DNA of 64,000 bases from Phycisphaeraceae bacterium (GCA_963674705.1 OY771506.1:4064001-4128000); one strand, 5' to 3'; counted from the first letter of the stretch, positions 41,089 through 50,436 are shown. Numbers and translations are program-made. The notes: generated by a model from the letters alone, not told the origin.

Positions 41089-42402
41089 TCAAGCATAAGA
41101 TAAAGATCGTGCCTGCTCAAGGTCAATTCCATTACTCCCAGTTGCCAATCTGGGTAGAGATTCTACTGCTCTCCGCGTTTGATCAAGATTCATGCGGTGG
41201 TAATGCTTCTGCAAGATGTCGGTACTACGGTGGCCTGTGATGCGAGTGGCCAAACTCGCTGACACGCCTGCTTGGTCCAGCCAGGTCGAACAAGTTGTCC
41301 GAAGTGCGTGAAAGTCAATGACTCGACCATCCCCATCCACATCAGCGAGAAAGTCCGACTCAGCACGCTTCGCTCGAATCTCCGAAGTTTCACCTTCATC
41401 TATCCATGCCTTCCGTGCTGCCGCCAAGTCCGTCCGAAGCATCTTTGCTGTCTCATAATCCTTCGGCATATTGAAAGCTGATGCGGCGAGTAGTTTTCCC
41501 ACGAATAGTCTGGCGAGTAGTTTTGCTGTCTCAGCCCTTATGGGTATGACGAGTTTCCGAGAGTTCTTGGTGTTGGCCTTGGCTTTGACCGTCACCGTGG
41601 GTAACTCCGACAGATCGAAGTCAATTACCTTAAGCCGCTCGATTGCACCACGCCGCAGCGCTGTTTCTAATGTCAACCTATAGAGCAGGGCACGCTCGAA
41701 ACCTGACATCTCCCAACGGATGTGCTCTGATGGTAGGTCCTGGCCACGGCTAACGAGCCACCTCCCAGTATTCGTCAACCCGCGTTGTGCTGGGCCGGCT
41801 TCGGCAGCCTCAATAAGGCGGGCTGCTTCTTCTGGGGTCAAGGCTCTCCGATATTCAGTCTCTACAACTGATAGACGTTCGACATAGGCGATTGGGTTAT
41901 GTGGGAGGCGACGCATCTTAGTCAGCCAGTTGGCAAAGGCCTTGATCGCAGTGAGATAATCATTTCGTGTCTGAGGGCTCAGGTTGTACTCATCTTTGAT
42001 TTCCCCCAAAGCTCGCTCAATAGTAGGAGGACGTAAGTCAGAAATGGTCGCGAGTTTGCCCACCTTGATGATTCTTTCTATGCGAACGACAAAGGTTTCG
42101 GCATGGCCAACGCTGCATCTACATCGCAAATGGCTGGCATATTCTTTGAAGTGATCATTAATCGGGCGTTTCCCCTCAGCCGCAAAGGCATCGAGTTCCG
42201 GATCAATTACACCTTCACGGCGAAGTGCTTCATCGGCAACAAATTTGGCTAGAATTCGCTCCGCAGTTCGTTTGTCCTTAGTCCGCGTTGACTTCTCTCG
42301 TCGTTTACCTCGATGGTCGTGCCATTGGGCGATCCAGGAACCGGTTCCCTGTCTACGATATATGCTTCCTTGTCCATTTCCTCGCTGTCGTTTTTTTGCC
42401 AT
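41089..42402 (-). CDS. Tyrosine recombinase / phage integrase
   Basis: N-terminal arm-binding-like RGNGQGSIYRR; catalytic ETALR, FHALR, GH, HY. Confidence 0.95.
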   Translation of the reverse strand: MAKKRQRGNGQGSIYRRQGTGSWIAQWHDHRGKRREKSTRTKDKRTAERILAKFVADEALRREGVIDPELDAFAAEGKRPINDHFKEYASHLRCRCSVGHAETFVVRIERIIKVGKLATISDLRPPTIERALGEIKDEYNLSPQTRNDYLTAIKAFANWLTKMRRLPHNPIAYVERLSVVETEYRRALTPEEAARLIEAAEAGPAQRGLTNTGRWLVSRGQDLPSEHIRWEMSGFERALLYRLTLETALRRGAIERLKVIDFDLSELPTVTVKAKANTKNSRKLVIPIRAETAKLLARLFVGKLLAASAFNMPKDYETAKMLRTDLAAARKAWIDEGETSEIRAKRAESDFLADVDGDGRVIDFHALRTTCSTWLDQAGVSASLATRITGHRSTDILQKHYHRMNLDQTRRAVESLPRLATGSNGIDLEQARSLSYA

Positions 42403-42553
42403 CTATTCTCCTTTCATTTCTTATGTTAGGGTCGTGTTCGTATATTATTGTAGATATATTGCTATGGATATAAACCAAATAATGTCCTAATTATTTAAAT
42501 TCAGATGGTTTATTGTGTTGGCGAGAACTGAAATATTTTGTTAACGTAAAGAA

Positions 42554-42896
42554 ATGAGCGACCGGGAAGATACTGAATATCCGCCGAAGCGGGTACTAGA
42601 TTACAGGCAATACATACGGCAAGTTGATTTCAGAGAGAACATTTCAAATTATGTTGGCTGGGTGTTCATTATCCTTGCCACAGCGTTACCTTTATGGTTT
42701 GTTTACTTAAGTGTTGACGCAATTGCTGGTAAAGAAACGACTTTTGACGTTAAGATCGGAGCTGCGTTTGGGTTTTACTGTTGGAGGCTCGGGATTTACC
42801 GCATTGATAGCTTGGTTCAAAAACCGAAGTCAGAAACGAGAATTGAAACGACTACGTATAAGATGTACTGATTTGGAAAAAAAACTTGGGCTATAA
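42554..42896 (+). pseudogene. Two-TM membrane protein split by a 1-bp frameshift (or sequencing error)
   Basis: Removing one T from TTTT at 42773-42776 joins ORFs 42554.. and ..42896 into GAAFGFTVGGSGFTALIAWFKNR...LGL*. Confidence 0.55.
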
Positions 42897-42920
42897 TATT
42901 AGTGGAAGGGGGCGATCAAT

Positions 42921-43499
42921 ATGAACGAATTCTTAGTAGTTGCGATATCAATTGTTTCGGCTTGGCTTGGATTATTTGTTATTACACCAAAGCTGTTCTG
43001 CAGTATCTCACGGCACACGTTGTGGAGGCTAAGAGATAAAATTGCTGATGCAATTATTGGGGAGGAAATTTCCAAGTCTCGAGCCGCATATCGTTTGCTT
43101 GATCGGGTAGAAACGCTCATCCTTCATGCGGATAAGTTAAAAGTGGGCACATTACTTTTTATGCCTGAACCTCCAAAACAATGGATAAAGGAAAGAGAAG
43201 CTCAAGATAAGAAATTTGTCAAGGAGCTTACTGATGGAGATGCAGATCAATTAAAGAAGTTTGAAGCAGAATTCCATATGCTCATGGCAACACATATGCT
43301 TGCCACAAGCCCATTTGGGTGGTTCATATTGATAACTACAATATTAGTAATCATACCAGTAGCGATTATTTGGCGCAGTTGTAGCGAAGCAATTCAATGG
43401 GCTCAATCCGAATTGCAAGGCTTAACGAGTAATAGATTTGATGTGGCGCTAGAAAAGCTTGGGGCTCATGGTAATCATGGTCTTGAGTCATGCAACTAA
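42921..43499 (+). CDS. Hypothetical membrane protein (2 TM)
   Basis: 192 aa; hydrophobic segments at N-terminus and near residue 135-150. Confidence 0.65.
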   Translation: MNEFLVVAISIVSAWLGLFVITPKLFCSISRHTLWRLRDKIADAIIGEEISKSRAAYRLLDRVETLILHADKLKVGTLLFMPEPPKQWIKEREAQDKKFVKELTDGDADQLKKFEAEFHMLMATHMLATSPFGWFILITTILVIIPVAIIWRSCSEAIQWAQSELQGLTSNRFDVALEKLGAHGNHGLESCN

Positions 43500-43629
43500 A
43501 GCAGGATGAGCACATTTTATGGTTGTTGGTACCCTACCCGCTTTATTACTCATATCAGGCTAGGTTTCACCAATGGTTATACTATGCCCCTAGTATCTAT
43601 CGTCGGTAATCTGGGCAGTAAATATGGAT

Positions 43630-43866
43630 TCAGCGCCGCTTCTTCTTCATCTGCACTTGAGGCAGCAGGTCTTCCGGCTGTGCTTCAAGAGCCCGACAAA
43701 GGTCCTCTAGGGTGTTCAATCGAACAACCCGTCCCGCACGCTCAATCAGACTGATATGTGTCCGGTGCAATCCTGCCGCATCCGCCAAATCTTCTTGAGA
43801 CATACCCTTGGCCTCCCGGGCCTGACGGACATTCTCACCAAACTCTCTGATAAACCGGGTGCTCAT
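43630..43866 (-). CDS. XRE family HTH regulator, R-M controller (C protein)-like
   Basis: FGENVRQAREAKGMSQEDLADAAGLHRTHISLIER. Confidence 0.85.
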   Translation of the reverse strand: MSTRFIREFGENVRQAREAKGMSQEDLADAAGLHRTHISLIERAGRVVRLNTLEDLCRALEAQPEDLLPQVQMKKKRR

Positions 43867-43939
43867 TGGTTAAAGAGCATCCGGGTTTGTAGACGATACG
43901 GCTACAGACAATGCGCAAAGTCTGTCAAGGAATCGTCAA

Positions 43940-44509
43940 ATGGAATCAGAAGAATCAACCCAACTTGCTATCTACCGCAGGCAGCCGGTCGAACCAGCCG
44001 ATTTCGTCAATTTCTGGGCGGGGCAATACCATGACCCACGGGAGGATTTGTATGAAAACAACATTGGCCGGCCACTGACCCCCGAGAAGGTCAGACAGTT
44101 GTACTTATGGAAGGCGGGTGGGGCGTACAGGTCGAAGCAGCAGAAAGACACCGTCGAAACTAATTTCGTAGGGAGGTTGGATGAACTTGATCGCTTGTCA
44201 GACTCCATGACGCCTGGAGAATTCCTGTCCCGGTTCGACGGGGGCGGGGCGATCTGGCGAATCTTCTGGTTGCATTGCTGGAAGCCAGATGTGTATCCAA
44301 TCTTTGACCAGCATGTATGGCGGGCCCGTTGGTTCTTTGAGCATGGGTCGATTGATGAACTCGGAACCTACTCTGATAAGAAGAAGGTGTCTCTATATCT
44401 GAATTCTTATTTGACGTGGTGTACTTTGTTCGTGAATATGGATCAACGACAAGTAGATCGCTCATTGTGGGCTTGTGGAAAGTTTCTCAAGTCTTGGCTG
44501 CTGATGTAA
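43940..44509 (+). CDS. Hypothetical protein, HhH DNA-glycosylase-like
   Basis: LWK, LHCWKPDVYPIFDQHVWRA, RQVDRSLWACG motifs. Confidence 0.55.
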   Translation: MESEESTQLAIYRRQPVEPADFVNFWAGQYHDPREDLYENNIGRPLTPEKVRQLYLWKAGGAYRSKQQKDTVETNFVGRLDELDRLSDSMTPGEFLSRFDGGGAIWRIFWLHCWKPDVYPIFDQHVWRARWFFEHGSIDELGTYSDKKKVSLYLNSYLTWCTLFVNMDQRQVDRSLWACGKFLKSWLLM

Positions 44510-44584
44510 GGTGATTCATGATCAATGGCAGCATGATTCAGCCCGAATTTACTATATCGAATTAATCAGATAGTAATTGAAATA

Positions 44585-45643
44585 CTATGTCGGTTTGCGT
44601 CCCGTTATTTGCTCATACTTGATGGGGTCTGAGAAGGTGACTTTAAGTTTGTCAATCCATGCCTGTGTATACAAATAGTCCTTATGCGGTGAATCGTACA
44701 CACAGTATTTTGATACTGTCTGCTCAGGTTTCTTTGATCCATATATCGGCCTGACCTTGAAATATTTCCACGCATCTGTATGTGTATTCATTGTAAATCG
44801 GTGAGGTATAGCCTCATTAACCTTCGGTACTACTTTCCCCGCCTTGTAGAGGTTTAGGTTAGCAATTGGAATATGTTTTTCCTTTATCAGAACATTGAGT
44901 CGTTCAAGACGCTTTAACTCTTCTTCGCTTTTCTCATCTACACGAAAGAACTCAACTGCCACATCAGCCGCGTTTTCTCGATTAGCAACTTTTGGAACCA
45001 AGAATACACTGAAAGAATATTTCATACTGGACAGTACTGCGCTAGGCAGATTCCCTCGAAATTTCTCAATGTAGTCGGATACCTTCTTAGCACTAGTTGT
45101 GGCAAGTGTTTGAGCTGCTTTTCGCTTTTCGGATGGGGTTGATCTACTGAATTGTAGTGATACTGCAAGTTGATCAAGCAAAGCATACTTCTGGCCGAAT
45201 TCTTGTACTAAAAGATCTTCAAGGTTTTGCAAAGCAGCTTGGCATTCCCCATACAGAGAAGCGTCTAATTCTGGTAGATGTCTGTGCTCGATCTTATTTC
45301 TTAAACCAATTAGGAATTCAAGGTTTTTTCGCTCAGCAGGATTATTACTGCCATAGTATTCATTAATACACTTGGATAGATCCCAATGCTTTGGATCACC
45401 GTCGATCTTCTCATATCGTATAGCGTTCCCTGAACCAGAACTGCGCCTCCGGTACCAAGGACGTTTACCAGTTTTATAGAAGATAGCATGAAATAATGCA
45501 GTCCATGCAATCACAATGAGAACCAGATACTGGGCTGTCCTAAACCTCTTGCCAGGTTTATTATAGACTTCAACCGCAGCTAAAGCCGCTTCTGTGCATT
45601 TCTCGACATTATCCTTGACCCTTTGAGGTAGTTTCTTGGACAT
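44585..45643 (-). CDS. DUF3644-domain protein (HEPN-like RxxxxH)
   Basis: AAVEVYNKP, IAWTALFHA, WDLSKC, NLEFLIGLRNKIEH. Confidence 0.78.
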   Translation of the reverse strand: MSKKLPQRVKDNVEKCTEAALAAVEVYNKPGKRFRTAQYLVLIVIAWTALFHAIFYKTGKRPWYRRRSSGSGNAIRYEKIDGDPKHWDLSKCINEYYGSNNPAERKNLEFLIGLRNKIEHRHLPELDASLYGECQAALQNLEDLLVQEFGQKYALLDQLAVSLQFSRSTPSEKRKAAQTLATTSAKKVSDYIEKFRGNLPSAVLSSMKYSFSVFLVPKVANRENAADVAVEFFRVDEKSEEELKRLERLNVLIKEKHIPIANLNLYKAGKVVPKVNEAIPHRFTMNTHTDAWKYFKVRPIYGSKKPEQTVSKYCVYDSPHKDYLYTQAWIDKLKVTFSDPIKYEQITGRKPT

Positions 45644-45934
45644 GCTAATCCCCTAAATGTATAGACCATGAATTTGATATGACCCGGCACAGGATAGACG
45701 GGATCTATGAATAGATAATATCATGGTCAGAGACGGGCGTCATGGTTGTGCTTTATTCAAGCTAGTCACTTGCCCGACATCTATTCACTTGTCAAAGAAC
45801 TGCTTTCTCAGCCACAGTGGATCATAATTCCGCTGCCATTCACACTAAACACAAGTTCTGTCTAGGTTTAAGCCAACAACAACATCTTCCCCGGTTACAC
45901 TCCCGGCAGTAACCGCGGTTCGATACCTCTCCCT

Positions 45935-47554
45935 CTAGCGAGGGGTGTTCGTCTGTGGGTGTGTAGATACTGAGGATGAATCTGTGACTGTGCCTATAAG
46001 TATCAAGGTGAGAGCTTGGTTTGCTTCACCGGGGATGTCTTCATCCGAGAGGTTGATTGTGTAGATGGTTCTGAATTCGCCTGCTCTGCTCGTGTCGAAG
46101 CGAGCAACGTAGTTCTTTGATGTGCCGGGTGAAAGACCTTTGAAGGTTGTTAAATCCGCAGACAGTACGGCGCTATCGCCCGAGCTAGTAATTGAATCAA
46201 GATCAAGATTGGCAGTGAATCCCGGTGTCTGTACGAGATTACAGATGTCAAACCCGATGTTGATTGCATCGCCGGATGGCACCGCACCAAAGTCTATGGT
46301 CAAGGTGTCCTTCTTGAACTGGGGGGAGAAAGATGCCACGGCATGGTCTAGAACCGTGAGACTAACCGTTATGACATCATTAGCATCTTCAGCACCATGG
46401 CCTTCACCGCTTGAAGTAGGATCAATATTGTCAATCGTGATCGTCCCGCTTCTTGCTCCCGCCTCTGTGGCTTCGGTGCTGAGTCCAGCAAGTAGCAGGT
46501 ATTTTTGTGGCCCCTCACTGAATGCATTGAATCGACCTGTGATGTTTGAATTCGCGACCCCGTCTGTAATGATGGCGAAGTAGGTTGGATTGTTACCCGT
46601 CTTCATGATCTCAATTGGCTGTGATGGTGGGACCGCCGCAACTGTGATGATTCTTCCAAGATCAACCTGTATCGTTGAACCGCCATCAGGTTTGGTTTGA
46701 CCAGCAACGGCGATCTGACTGTCGTTGTTACCTCCACCGTAGACTGCCCAAACATATTCAGGATGATCGATGTAAGCATTCCGGTTATTTTGATAGTACG
46801 ATGGATTTAGTTTTGAACTGTAGATCGTGTGATTGCGGCGTCGTTCAAAACAGTCTGGCGGGTCTTCATAATTCCACCGGATAAGTGTGTGTATGTCTCC
46901 CACCACACCCCGTGAGATATCCTCAAGTGTAGAGTCATAGCGTGTATCTGAGTAAAACAGTGATCTTGCGATATCGCCAATACGGACATCGCCCGGATAC
47001 CATGTTCCGCCAACTTGGATGCCAAATTCCCCCGATGATCCAAGATTACCGAAAAGTTTGCTGCCTCGTTCTTTGTTGGTAGCTGTGTCTGAGGGAAAAA
47101 GAGAAAATGCATCACCAAGATTACCAATCGTATCATTGAAAGCACTGCCTGGCTGCAATATCTCAGGCCAAACATGCTCACGGTTCCATGTATGGCCATT
47201 GTCCCAGCCATATTTAATAGAGGTCCGACTGTAAAGTAGGAGGATGTTACCGGGATTACTGGGGTCAGCATCAGATAAAGCACAGAAGAATCGGAAATCG
47301 CCATATTCCCTTTGGATATGGTCATCGCCCCCGCCAGGCACTCCATCTGGACCATAGGCCATTATCGAACTGAGATGCTTCTTAAGTGTTGCACCTTGGC
47401 CAGTAGCAATATCGTAATAGCCTGCCGGGGCATCATATTTTTCCGCTTGGCTCACTACTGATGAGAAATGAGTCAACAGGAATGATGTCATGAGGTAAGG
47501 CAATACTCGATTGCGATGATGTAATACATTGTTGTGCATCTTCAATTTCTCCAC
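45935..47554 (-). CDS. Secreted endonuclease I family nuclease with C-terminal Ig-like domains
   Basis: APAGYY, WNREHVWP, GDIARSLFY, ERRRN, QNNRNAYIDHPE; start codon uncertain. Confidence 0.82.
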   Translation of the reverse strand: MEKLKMHNNVLHHRNRVLPYLMTSFLLTHFSSVVSQAEKYDAPAGYYDIATGQGATLKKHLSSIMAYGPDGVPGGGDDHIQREYGDFRFFCALSDADPSNPGNILLLYSRTSIKYGWDNGHTWNREHVWPEILQPGSAFNDTIGNLGDAFSLFPSDTATNKERGSKLFGNLGSSGEFGIQVGGTWYPGDVRIGDIARSLFYSDTRYDSTLEDISRGVVGDIHTLIRWNYEDPPDCFERRRNHTIYSSKLNPSYYQNNRNAYIDHPEYVWAVYGGGNNDSQIAVAGQTKPDGGSTIQVDLGRIITVAAVPPSQPIEIMKTGNNPTYFAIITDGVANSNITGRFNAFSEGPQKYLLLAGLSTEATEAGARSGTITIDNIDPTSSGEGHGAEDANDVITVSLTVLDHAVASFSPQFKKDTLTIDFGAVPSGDAINIGFDICNLVQTPGFTANLDLDSITSSGDSAVLSADLTTFKGLSPGTSKNYVARFDTSRAGEFRTIYTINLSDEDIPGEANQALTLILIGTVTDSSSVSTHPQTNTPR

Positions 47555-48178
47555 TTAGGTTTGTTCCTGGTCAATGATGTCGAGGTAGGGGGGTTCGTTT
47601 TGCAGATCCGGGTATTTGTGAAGGATGGCAAGCCCGATGTTGATGGCGACGTCTATGCGGCGGTCTTGCCGTGACTGTCGCAACTGTGATGTCAGAGCAG
47701 AAAGTTGCCGAACAAGTCGCCCATGATGACGGTCTGCCTTCTCTAAAGCATGAATGTCTGGCAGATAGGCCCGTTCTTCCCAATACTCGGGACGAGCATC
47801 CATCTCGCCACGCTCCATCTCACGGAACGCACGTCGGTTGGCTGCTTCATGGGCCTGCTTGGTTGTGTTGCGGCGGTATGCACTAACACGCTTCATCAGC
47901 CACATGACCTCTCCAATCTCCTCCACGATTTGATGCTCAAACCCATCCTGCGGATTGAAGTGTTCGACCACACCAGCAAGGTGCGTATTCCAGGCTTCGG
48001 GTGTCTCACCGAGGTGTGAAAGAATGATCTCCTTACTATCCAATCCATGACGGACAGCGTTCTTGGAACTGATCGCCTTACCTTCGGGGGTAATGGCGCC
48101 GGTAGGTAGCTGGGGGCCATCGTCTTCCTCTAGGTCAATACTGGCCGCGATTTCTGGATTGATTTTGACTCGTTTCAT
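47555..48178 (-). CDS. Hypothetical protein with TPEGK..S.KNAVRHGL motif
   Basis: Start set at MKRVKINPE after AGGAG; motif GAITPEGKAISSKNAVRHGL. Confidence 0.7.
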   Translation of the reverse strand: MKRVKINPEIAASIDLEEDDGPQLPTGAITPEGKAISSKNAVRHGLDSKEIILSHLGETPEAWNTHLAGVVEHFNPQDGFEHQIVEEIGEVMWLMKRVSAYRRNTTKQAHEAANRRAFREMERGEMDARPEYWEERAYLPDIHALEKADRHHGRLVRQLSALTSQLRQSRQDRRIDVAINIGLAILHKYPDLQNEPPYLDIIDQEQT

Positions 48179-48326
48179 GATGCGTCTCCTAAACCCACGC
48201 CAGTCTGTTAAGACTGGCGTGGGGACTAGTGTGACTTGCGAGCTTGCGTGCTGTGAGGTTTGTCGATCAGACGGGGTTGATGCCGTGCTGGTCCAACAAA
48301 CCGTCTCAGACGCTAAGCTCGCTGGT

Positions 48327-49133
48327 TCAAGCCAGTGGTGCAGGCGATGCGAGGCCATGCAGCGTCAGAGCCGTCTTCAGATCGGGAGCATTTTGGGGAA
48401 GCTCGCCGATCAGTACGTTTAGCTCGCTGATCGCGCTGATAACAGCGGGTTCACCCTGTTCATCTTCTGCCCACCGGGTGCTGATGTGCATTTGGCGTGC
48501 TGCGATAATCAGGTTGAACTTCGCCGTGTCGAGATAGCTAGCCGCACTTCGTAGGTTCTTGAAGACCTCAGGTTGCTGAGATTCTCGCCACAATGCTGTA
48601 GCATTCCTAATGTCTTCGGCGCTGAACATCGACTCTTGAACAACCAGTGGCAAATTGTGGTAGGCCCTGATTATCGACGGATCGCCACTACCAGCAGCAG
48701 CAAGCAGAAGATCACGGCGAATGCGGTATGCAGTTTCGGCATCCTTGTCATGGGTGGCCTGATCCAATAATCCAGCAATTGCGGAGTGCTGGAAGTAGCG
48801 ATTCATGACAGCGGGAACTTCAAGCGACACCGGGGGCAGGGGGGCGGTTGCTTTCGACACACCATCCTTTGTGTGATGCTTGACGAACCGAACCTCGGAC
48901 TGGCTAAGGTCGAGGAATTGCGGATAGGCCTTGTCCTCAATCGCCTGCCGAGCCTCTGCTTGTGCAGCGGGCCTGAACCGAGAGTTAACGTGATCTCTCT
49001 CGGCTACCACGCGGCTGACCATCGCGTCAAGTGCTTTGTTCAGATCGTCGATTCGCCGGTCATACTGGGGAGAGGCGTCGCCTTGAATGAAGCCCAGACG
49101 GTGAGCTTCGACTAAATTTGGTAGTGCGGACAT
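48327..49133 (-). CDS. Hypothetical protein
   Basis: 268 aa ORF with AAGGA RBS, co-oriented in the element's leftward operon. Confidence 0.65.
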   Translation of the reverse strand: MSALPNLVEAHRLGFIQGDASPQYDRRIDDLNKALDAMVSRVVAERDHVNSRFRPAAQAEARQAIEDKAYPQFLDLSQSEVRFVKHHTKDGVSKATAPLPPVSLEVPAVMNRYFQHSAIAGLLDQATHDKDAETAYRIRRDLLLAAAGSGDPSIIRAYHNLPLVVQESMFSAEDIRNATALWRESQQPEVFKNLRSAASYLDTAKFNLIIAARQMHISTRWAEDEQGEPAVISAISELNVLIGELPQNAPDLKTALTLHGLASPAPLA

Positions 49134-49176
49134 AGTTTTCCTTTCAAGTTAAATATGCGCTCTATGCGCAAGGTTA

Positions 49177-50022
49177 TTAATCATCGAATACTCGAACCCG
49201 CTTGCTCTTTTTCTTTCTCTTCTTCTTGTTTCTGAGCTGTTTTGCCTTTGCTAGAGCCCATTCTGGATCTTTTAGCGCCTTCCCAGCGATACCACCTAGA
49301 GAGTCGTCGAAGTCACGACGCTCCTTCCGATACTCAAGCCAACGCAGTATCTTTCTGGCAGCAGCGACACCGTGCTCTTCGCAAATGGCGGCCAATTGCC
49401 TGCGAGCCCAACTTCGTTTTGTGACCCCGAATGAATAGGCCCGTGAGGCCAACTCATCCAAGGTTGAATCAGATGGGTTGTAATCACCAAGGCGTTCTAC
49501 GAATTCATCGTCGGAGATCTCTCCAGTCTCAGAATCGATTCCAGACCGTACACCACTACCATCACAAAAAAAAGATTTATCTTTATGGTTATATGAATCT
49601 GTTCTTGATGATGTTCGGTCCCGACCTGGCGGGATATGTGCGCCCGGCTCAGCGGGATATGCCACCCGGCTACGCGGGATATCCCGCTTGGGACGCCCAT
49701 GTTTATTCGGGGGCGGGATTTTAAGTTTTCGACGGGTAGATCGGCCAGGTCCACCAGGCTCGATCACAACAAAGTCACCTACTTCACGTAAGGACTTTAA
49801 TGATTCTGAAACTGTTGACCGCGATACACCAGCATACTCAGAGATCTTGGATACAGACGGGTAGGCAATCCCATCGTGCCAATCAATACAGAACAGCAGT
49901 ACGAGCCAAACCTTGGCCGCTGAACCACTGGTGTGTCTGAGCCTTTCTTTTACGAACTCCGCTAAAATATCGTAAAGAAGAAATCTTTTTGTTGTTTCAT
50001 TCTTGTTGGGCGTATATGACAT
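49177..50022 (-). CDS. Winged-HTH replication-initiator-like protein
   Basis: SAAKVWLVL...AYPSVSKISEYAGVSRSTVSESLKSL; internal iterons; start set at MSYTPNK. Confidence 0.72.
   Translation of the reverse strand: MSYTPNKNETTKRFLLYDILAEFVKERLRHTSGSAAKVWLVLLFCIDWHDGIAYPSVSKISEYAGVSRSTVSESLKSLREVGDFVVIEPGGPGRSTRRKLKIPPPNKHGRPKRDIPRSRVAYPAEPGAHIPPGRDRTSSRTDSYNHKDKSFFCDGSGVRSGIDSETGEISDDEFVERLGDYNPSDSTLDELASRAYSFGVTKRSWARRQLAAICEEHGVAAARKILRWLEYRKERRDFDDSLGGIAGKALKDPEWALAKAKQLRNKKKRKKKSKRVRVFDD
49561..49687. promoter_or_regulatory. Putative replication origin (iterons plus AT-rich tract)
   Basis: GCGGGATAT at 49629, 49652, 49674; palindrome GCGGGATATCCCGC 49674-49687; AT-rich 49561-49610. Confidence 0.6.
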
Positions 50023-50076
50023 TATTGCGTCCTTGTTTGCCCGGGCGGACGGCGCCAACTATCCGCCCGGGCATTT

Positions 50077-50436
50077 TTAATTGTTGATGTTCCAGTTAAT
50101 GAATCCGTAGCGAGCAGCACGATTCCCTACGGCGGGTTCGATTCGCTTTAAAATCTCATAGTCACTCAATTCAAATAGACCTTTCTGTACACTTTCGAGA
50201 GTCAACCCGGTGAGTTGACGAAGCCTCTCTAACGACGCGGTGAACTCGCCTGTGGCATGATCAACAAGACCCAATCCAACGAGGTAGACCTTTAGGCCCC
50301 CTTTACTAAATCGAGGCAATGGCTGACCGTGTAGATAGGCTTGTTGTTTCTTGGTATCCCTGTGTGGTTTCAATTTAGCTGATGTTGGCATTGGTAAGTT
50401 TCCTAGATGCAATTCCCAAGGTTGTTTGTGAGCCAA
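50077..50436 (-). CDS. Small winged-HTH protein
   Basis: GLKVYLV...SLERLRQLTGLTLESVQKGLFEL, resembling the N-terminal domain of the downstream rep-like gene. Confidence 0.6.
   Translation of the reverse strand: MAHKQPWELHLGNLPMPTSAKLKPHRDTKKQQAYLHGQPLPRFSKGGLKVYLVGLGLVDHATGEFTASLERLRQLTGLTLESVQKGLFELSDYEILKRIEPAVGNRAARYGFINWNINN

Noticed and set aside
43630..45643. Type II restriction-modification system
   Set aside because: A C-like regulator is present but no methyltransferase motifs (FxGxG, DPPY, PC) occur nearby.
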